Below the pieces are notes generated by a model that was given only the letters and a program-made list of their open reading frames with translations, had not been told where the DNA came from and did not search any database. A stretch of 64,000 nt of DNA from Leptospiraceae bacterium (GTDB taxonomy: Bacteria; Spirochaetota; Leptospiria; Leptospirales; Leptospiraceae): assembly GCA_024233875.1 (NCBI GenBank), contig JACKPB010000009.1, positions 85,191 through 149,190 on the forward strand, written 5' to 3'. This document shows positions 58,961 through 64,000 of the stretch, in pieces. A program made the position numbers and the translations under genes. Within the stretch, counting starts at the first letter, position 1. The number at the start of each line of letters is the position of its first letter.

Positions 58961-60541
58961 TTAACTGAAAATCTCGAATTCTAGTTCTGGAAATATTGGA
59001 TGTTCTTCTTCAATCGCTTTTAATCTTTCCTGATTGATTTCATTCTTTTCCAACATTGCCTTTAGTTCTAAAAATAGATTAGTGTGAACTCGTATTCGTT
59101 TTGAGGCATATTGTGTGGTAGTACCCATTTTCATAATGAATGGCCAATCCGAGCTCTGAAGCAACAGTACTTCTCTTGCCATTTGATTCAAAACCCGTCT
59201 AAAATCATTGTTTTGAGTTCTAAAATAGACATGAGTCAATTGGTTCATAGCTATTGAGCATTCGAATACATGTTTGTAAACCCATTCATTGGTCGGATTG
59301 ATCCAAACATCAGCATATCCGCTCTCACCCCAACTGGACATTTCCATAGAAGAACTTTGAATTCTAGGAAGCAAACCAATGATCTGCATCGGATGAGCAC
59401 TTTCTATCTCATGCTGATCAAAATGCATTTTTTTGAACAAAAACTCTATGAATTGAGGACCTTCATACCACCAGTGACCATATAGCTCAGCATCGTATGG
59501 AGAAACTATCACTGCAGGTTGATTTTCAACTGAATTGAATTTTTTTGCCTGCTGAATACGGCTTCTCAAAAAGTCTTCAGCATGGTTGCCTGCGGCTTCT
59601 TTTGCCCAATCCGGATGATAGTAATCTTTAAAATCAGATTTTCCTGTGATTCTATGGTACTTTAGACCGGTATTGAATCGGATTCCTTCCGGGTGAATGT
59701 AATCCTTGATGTATTCAAATTCCAGATCAAAACCGATATCCCTATAGTATTCACGGTATCTATAGTCTCCGGGATAACCCTCCTGAGCACTCCAAACCTG
59801 TGCAGAACTCTCTAAATCACGACCAAAAGCAAACACACCTGCTCCTATTTCTAAGGGAGCATAGACGCTATATTTAGGTCTAGGTGTTGAATTTTTGATA
59901 GCATGATTGTCTACAAAGAAATATCTAATCCCCTGATCTGCCAGGTAGTTCTCTAACCCTTTGTAGTATCCGCATTCCGGTAGCCAAATCCCTCTGGGTT
60001 CAATCCCCCAGGTTTCTTTGTGCTTTTTTCTACCCATAGTCAATTGAGCACGAACAGTAGAAGGCTCACTTTCTAGAGATGGTAAAAATCCATGAGTCGC
60101 AGCTGATGTTATCACTTCCAAAGAACCATCATCCACAAATTCTTTGAAACCTGAAATTATATCTTTATCCAGAGACAAAAATAACTTTTTGGTTTCTTCA
60201 AACTTATGGAGGTAGTATTTTGAAAGATAATTCAAATGTGGATCGTAAGTGGTTCTTGATACTTCTTTATTGGACAAATCAATCAATTTATCGAGGTACT
60301 TTACAAACTTATCCTGTAAATACTCATCTCTGAGCATTGTGACCAGTGTAGGTGTAAAGGACATCGTAATTCTGAAATGTACATTTTCATTTTTCAAATT
60401 TCTAAATGATTGAAGTAAAGGAATGTATGTTTCCGCTATAGCTTCATTGAGCCAATTTTCTTCAATAAATTGAGGTTCATAACCCTTATGGCGAACATAT
60501 GGTAAGTGAGCGTGTAAAACAAAAACTTGGTAACCTATCAT
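58961..60541 (-). CDS. Glycoside hydrolase family 57 enzyme (likely 1,4-alpha-glucan branching enzyme)
   Basis: N-terminal HAHLPY (HxHxPY) and a ~526-aa GH57 catalytic region. Confidence 0.75.
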   Translation of the reverse strand: MIGYQVFVLHAHLPYVRHKGYEPQFIEENWLNEAIAETYIPLLQSFRNLKNENVHFRITMSFTPTLVTMLRDEYLQDKFVKYLDKLIDLSNKEVSRTTYDPHLNYLSKYYLHKFEETKKLFLSLDKDIISGFKEFVDDGSLEVITSAATHGFLPSLESEPSTVRAQLTMGRKKHKETWGIEPRGIWLPECGYYKGLENYLADQGIRYFFVDNHAIKNSTPRPKYSVYAPLEIGAGVFAFGRDLESSAQVWSAQEGYPGDYRYREYYRDIGFDLEFEYIKDYIHPEGIRFNTGLKYHRITGKSDFKDYYHPDWAKEAAGNHAEDFLRSRIQQAKKFNSVENQPAVIVSPYDAELYGHWWYEGPQFIEFLFKKMHFDQHEIESAHPMQIIGLLPRIQSSSMEMSSWGESGYADVWINPTNEWVYKHVFECSIAMNQLTHVYFRTQNNDFRRVLNQMAREVLLLQSSDWPFIMKMGTTTQYASKRIRVHTNLFLELKAMLEKNEINQERLKAIEEEHPIFPELEFEIFS

Positions 60542-60553
60542 TGCAATTATCTC

Positions 60554-61171
60554 CTAGTCTTTTTTCTTAAAAAAGGAAGAGGAAGGTATAGCATGAGAGC
60601 TAAACCCGGATGAACCATCATAGAGAATTGTAGATTCCCATATTGGATTGTTTTCTGATGGATCAAGCTCTTTTCCTGATTCCTTTAGATAATACTTACC
60701 ATCAACCTGCTCAACATATGCTCCCTGAGTCCACATTGGATGGATCCATTCATGATGAAGAACACTGGAGGTTTTATTTGTAGGCATTGATAAATAAGCA
60801 GAATGCATCAATGAATAAACTCCGCCGTTATTATTGAAGGCTATGATCTCAACCCGTAAATTTTTTACAGGAAAAGGGAATTTTAAGACATACGAAGTAG
60901 TAAACGCAGATAAATGAATTTCATTAAAATGAGAATGTTTGTCTTCATCTGTGTACCTAATAAATAGCTTATAATGTACACTTTCAAGATCAACCTGAAA
61001 GAAGTCTTTTATTCTCTTAAAACTATGCTGGGAGACACCCCAGAAAATAAAAACTTCAATTGGATTCTTTGTTAGAACTTTAATAATATCTCTATCGTAA
61101 TACTCTGGAATTGTGTCCATTTGGGGTTCCAAATAAATCCCAGTTTTCTCCTTTAAATCCTCTTTATTCAT
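60554..61171 (-). CDS. Hypothetical protein, possibly the DUF4912-type partner of GH57 enzymes
   Basis: 205 aa with no motif. Tightly linked (12 bp) upstream of the GH57 gene on the same strand. Confidence 0.4.
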   Translation of the reverse strand: MNKEDLKEKTGIYLEPQMDTIPEYYDRDIIKVLTKNPIEVFIFWGVSQHSFKRIKDFFQVDLESVHYKLFIRYTDEDKHSHFNEIHLSAFTTSYVLKFPFPVKNLRVEIIAFNNNGGVYSLMHSAYLSMPTNKTSSVLHHEWIHPMWTQGAYVEQVDGKYYLKESGKELDPSENNPIWESTILYDGSSGFSSHAIPSSSFFKKKD

Positions 61172-61386
61172 ATCCAGTACCTCTAAAACTAATACTACTT
61201 TTTTTTGATTGAGACTCCCCTCAACATTTTAATTTTAAAATAGATTTTTTTTTATTTTTTTTGCAAATTTATATTAATTTTTATTATTTTAGTCATGATA
61301 TCATTTTTGCTCAGGATAAAGTTTTGCTTGACTATGGTTGTAAATCAAGTTTCGTATCTAAGTACAACTACAGCAGGGAGAAATGT

Positions 61387-61674
61387 ATGAAAATCAAATA
61401 CACATGGAAGCATTTAGATCATTCTCAGTCAGCAGAAGATTATGCTAATGAAAAATTGGAGAGAATTACTAAATACGTCCATAAAATCATTTCATGTGAA
61501 GTTTCTTTTGAGAAAATCCATGGAGAGATCCACAGCAATTTAAATTTACATGCCGATGGTCAGACCTTTAATGCACATGACACTAAAAAAGATATCTATT
61601 CTTGCATAGACGGACTTGAAGACAAAGTACTCAGACAATTAGGAAAATTTCACGACAAAAAAACTGCTCATTAA
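61387..61674 (+). CDS. hpf: Ribosome hibernation promoting factor / RaiA (YfiA) family
   Basis: MKIKYTWKHLDHSQSAEDYANEKLERITKY... has the beta-alpha-beta-beta-beta-alpha fold signature. Shine-Dalgarno AGGGAG upstream. The longer track ORF from 61261 is probably N-terminally over-extended. Confidence 0.7.
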   Translation: MKIKYTWKHLDHSQSAEDYANEKLERITKYVHKIISCEVSFEKIHGEIHSNLNLHADGQTFNAHDTKKDIYSCIDGLEDKVLRQLGKFHDKKTAH

Positions 61675-61680
61675 GAAAGA

Positions 61681-62652
61681 ATGTCTCAGCAGGTAGACGA
61701 AGCTAATTACCTCCTCAAAAGGGGTGAATTTGAAAAATCTAAATTAATTTTTTCTAACCTGCTGGACATTGACCCCGAAAATCCTGATCTAATCACAGGT
61801 TTCTTTATCTCAAGTTACTGGGACAATCGAATAGAAAAAATTCTCTCAACTCCGGAAGGCAAAGAACGGGGATTATTACTTAATCATTTATTTGACGAAT
61901 TTGAAAGGGAGTATCTTAGGAGAAAGTATCATCCTCTATCCGGATCCTTTGACTCAGCCATGCTCTGTATTTTAGAAGAGTCCTGCCAACAACTTAAATT
62001 GGGATTTCAAAAACTAGGTCCCCAAAGTTTTGAAAAAGATAAATATTTGCTCCTAGCAAAAAATCTTCTTCGTACAAAAGAATATAAGAATTGTATCGAA
62101 ATTCTGGAATATTCTAAAAAATTTTATGACACACCTCCGGATTATTATTTCTATAAAGCTGAATGCTACTATCATCTGGGTGAAGAAAAGAAGAGTCGCA
62201 TCTTATTTCGATCGGCACTTTTGTACTATTCAGAAAAAATTCCTATCCATCTGATCCGATCAGAGCCACTTTTCACAGCCTGGACCTACCTGAATGAAAA
62301 CTATACCGAAGAGGAAGCTCTTTACTATCTACCGGTCTATTGTCTGGAGAAGAATCTTTTGCCGGAAATGTTAGAATACTCAAAAGAAGAGATTAGGGAT
62401 CTTTGGGTAGACATACAAAAATTTCAGGATGGAATAGGGGATACGGATGAAGCCACCCGAATGCGAATCAAGTACAATATCTTACACTACGGCATTACTA
62501 TTTTAGATTCATTTCATGGACAAATAAACCAAGAATTGTCGAGAAGAGTAGTGGAACTGATCAAGACCTTTGATCAGGGGATTTTAGAACGAAGAAAGAT
62601 GAATCAGAAAAAGGAAATCGAAAACGAATTTAATGATCAGGATTTTGGTTGA
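61681..62652 (+). CDS. Hypothetical protein (helical, TPR-like?)
   Basis: 323 aa with no recognisable motif. Immediately follows hpf. Confidence 0.4.
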   Translation: MSQQVDEANYLLKRGEFEKSKLIFSNLLDIDPENPDLITGFFISSYWDNRIEKILSTPEGKERGLLLNHLFDEFEREYLRRKYHPLSGSFDSAMLCILEESCQQLKLGFQKLGPQSFEKDKYLLLAKNLLRTKEYKNCIEILEYSKKFYDTPPDYYFYKAECYYHLGEEKKSRILFRSALLYYSEKIPIHLIRSEPLFTAWTYLNENYTEEEALYYLPVYCLEKNLLPEMLEYSKEEIRDLWVDIQKFQDGIGDTDEATRMRIKYNILHYGITILDSFHGQINQELSRRVVELIKTFDQGILERRKMNQKKEIENEFNDQDFG

Positions 62653-64000
62653 AAACTAACTTTTTTATCAAAGTATTCTTCAAACAATTCTTTCTTTTGA
62701 TCCGCCGACCAGATATCAACGTGTGGATCCATATTTTCTTTTATTTTTAATAAAATTTTCACTTCATCCTTGGTTATTTCGAGTTCCAGATCCTCAACCA
62801 TAGATTGATGACTTCTATCCAGACCATCTGCTATTCTAAGTATACTTGCTAATTTCTTTACTAGTTTTTGGTTTTCGTGAGTCAGAGAGATAAATTCAGT
62901 ATGTTTTGATTTTGGAGGGCTCTTACGATGGTATCTGGCAACAAGTGCAATGATTTCAATTTCTTCGAAATGAAAACCTACCATCAATTCACTGTTTCGA
63001 ATTATATAATAACTATGCTTATGATGAGAACTATGAGAGATTCCAAACCCAATTTCATGTAAAATTGCCGCTGCTTCTAAGTACTCTCTTTCATCTCCGG
63101 TGAAATTGTAATGTTTGGCTAAGCTATCATAGATTTTTAGAGCAATCTCTGTTACTTTCTCAACATGCTCTTTCTCATAGGGAAAGGTATTGAAAAGACT
63201 TTTTATAGCTTTCAAACGAATATTTGCTAGTGGATGGATTTGATTGTCCTGATGTTCTCTCCATTTTATTATTGTATCGTAAATGATACCTTCTCGGAGA
63301 GCATAATCAGATACCTGCAACTTTTGAATGGAAAACATGTCAAAGATTTCTTCTAAAATTATACTACCGGCTACAATGATGTCTGCTCTTTTGGAATCCA
63401 AACCCGGCAATTTTGTTCTTTTCTTTAAAGTTTCAGCACTATCGATAGAGTTTCTAATTTTTTTGAAATTGTCTTTTAAAATGGTATAATTGTTTAGAGA
63501 TCGATTAGGATTTTCTTTGACGTCCGCTATTACCATACTGGCTATAGACTGCACTGTTCCGGAAGAACCGATTATGATCTCAGGTTGCAATTTCAAAATC
63601 TCCCGTTTCATGGGACCAATGGTTCCCTGAACATAGATTTTGCATTGTTTTATGTCAGATAAAGATATCGGATCTCCCATGAAAAACTTATCTGTCAATC
63701 GGACTGCTCCTATCTTTAAACTCTGAGCAAATTCGATTTCACCCTTCAGTCCTACCAAAAATTCGGTACTTCCTCCACCGATATCGATCATTAAGATTTT
63801 TTTGTCATAGACCGGAAGTCCCTGAAGGATTCCAAAATAAATCAATCTGGCTTCTTCAAAACCACTTATGATTTCAATATGTATGCCTAATTCATTTCGG
63901 GCTAACTCTAAAAAACTGTCCCGATTCTTTGCTTCACGCAATGCACTTGTAGCTACTGCACGGATTTCAGCATTATGAACTTCTGCTAGGGCCTTGAATC
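62637..64000 (-). CDS. ppx: Ppx/GppA exopolyphosphatase with C-terminal HD domain (5' end beyond the window)
   Basis: The frame stays open past the track's TTG start to the window edge (...FKALAEVHNAEIRAVATSALREAKNRDSFL...). Ppx/GppA motifs IDIGGGSTE. C-terminal HD (HHKHSYYII). Confidence 0.8.
   Translation of the reverse strand, partial: FKALAEVHNAEIRAVATSALREAKNRDSFLELARNELGIHIEIISGFEEARLIYFGILQGLPVYDKKILMIDIGGGSTEFLVGLKGEIEFAQSLKIGAVRLTDKFFMGDPISLSDIKQCKIYVQGTIGPMKREILKLQPEIIIGSSGTVQSIASMVIADVKENPNRSLNNYTILKDNFKKIRNSIDSAETLKKRTKLPGLDSKRADIIVAGSIILEEIFDMFSIQKLQVSDYALREGIIYDTIIKWREHQDNQIHPLANIRLKAIKSLFNTFPYEKEHVEKVTEIALKIYDSLAKHYNFTGDEREYLEAAAILHEIGFGISHSSHHKHSYYIIRNSELMVGFHFEEIEIIALVARYHRKSPPKSKHTEFISLTHENQKLVKKLASILRIADGLDRSHQSMVEDLELEITKDEVKILLKIKENMDPHVDIWSADQKKELFEEYFDKKVSFQPKS

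Noticed and set aside
61261-61386. N-terminal 42-aa extension of the hpf ORF in the track
   Set aside because: The Shine-Dalgarno AGGGAG sits immediately before the internal Met (MKIKYTW...), which is where RaiA/HPF homologs begin. The upstream residues are AT-rich read-through.
1-64000. Search for CRISPR arrays, rRNA and tRNA genes
   Set aside because: The only regularly spaced short direct repeats are the A, B and C families described above. No T-loop GTTCRANYC / acceptor-stem pattern was seen in any intergenic region, and there are no rRNA-like GC-rich conserved stretches.

Overview
This is an AT-rich window (roughly 33-37% GC) whose gene content and lipoprotein signal peptides look like a Leptospira-type spirochete chromosome. 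The lipobox pattern L-x-[NSAG]-C is spirochaetal. The content includes FliG, c-di-GMP signalling proteins, a large NAD-specific glutamate dehydrogenase, a DUF1574-like protein and many small lipoproteins. About 60 protein-coding genes are supported. Housekeeping genes include guaB, a thiolase, an inositol monophosphatase, rluD, hpf, a Ppx/GppA exopolyphosphatase that runs off the 3' end of the window, a DAHP synthase, amtB-glnK behind a good sigma-54 promoter, cutA, GH57 and GH13 glucan enzymes, and an NAD-GDH. Envelope genes include two FadL-like outer-membrane proteins, a TolB-OmpA fusion, an OmpA lipoprotein, a beta-barrel outer-membrane protein, a family-5 substrate-binding protein, a CDF transporter and an Mce-associated lipoprotein. 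Regulators include TetR, HxlR, an XRE-cupin regulator, two consecutive histidine kinases, a GGDEF-EAL protein, PilZ and a STAS protein. I found no rRNA, tRNA or CRISPR array. Several things are not explained by ordinary annotation. Three families of short non-coding repeats occur. Family A is a roughly 185-bp MITE-like element with perfect 16-bp terminal inverted repeats, present in 3 full copies plus 1 partial copy. Family B is a roughly 90-nt direct repeat present as 4 copies in two pairs that bracket a 4-gene block. Family C is a roughly 70-bp repeat present twice. A tight tandem array of three paralogous ~117-aa secreted lipoproteins sits in an apparent operon with a DUF1574-like protein. 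A 43-aa lysine-rich microprotein with KKK-x-A-A repeats is missed by the ORF track; it has a strong ribosome-binding site and its own terminator. Long G10 and C9 homopolymer tracts lie inside coding sequences and are candidate slipped-strand switches. A DJ-1/PfpI gene is partly duplicated into a pseudogene with an Uma2 endonuclease gene inserted. A minus-strand cluster runs guaB, vWA protein, NAD-GDH, FadL-like OMP, TolB/OmpA.
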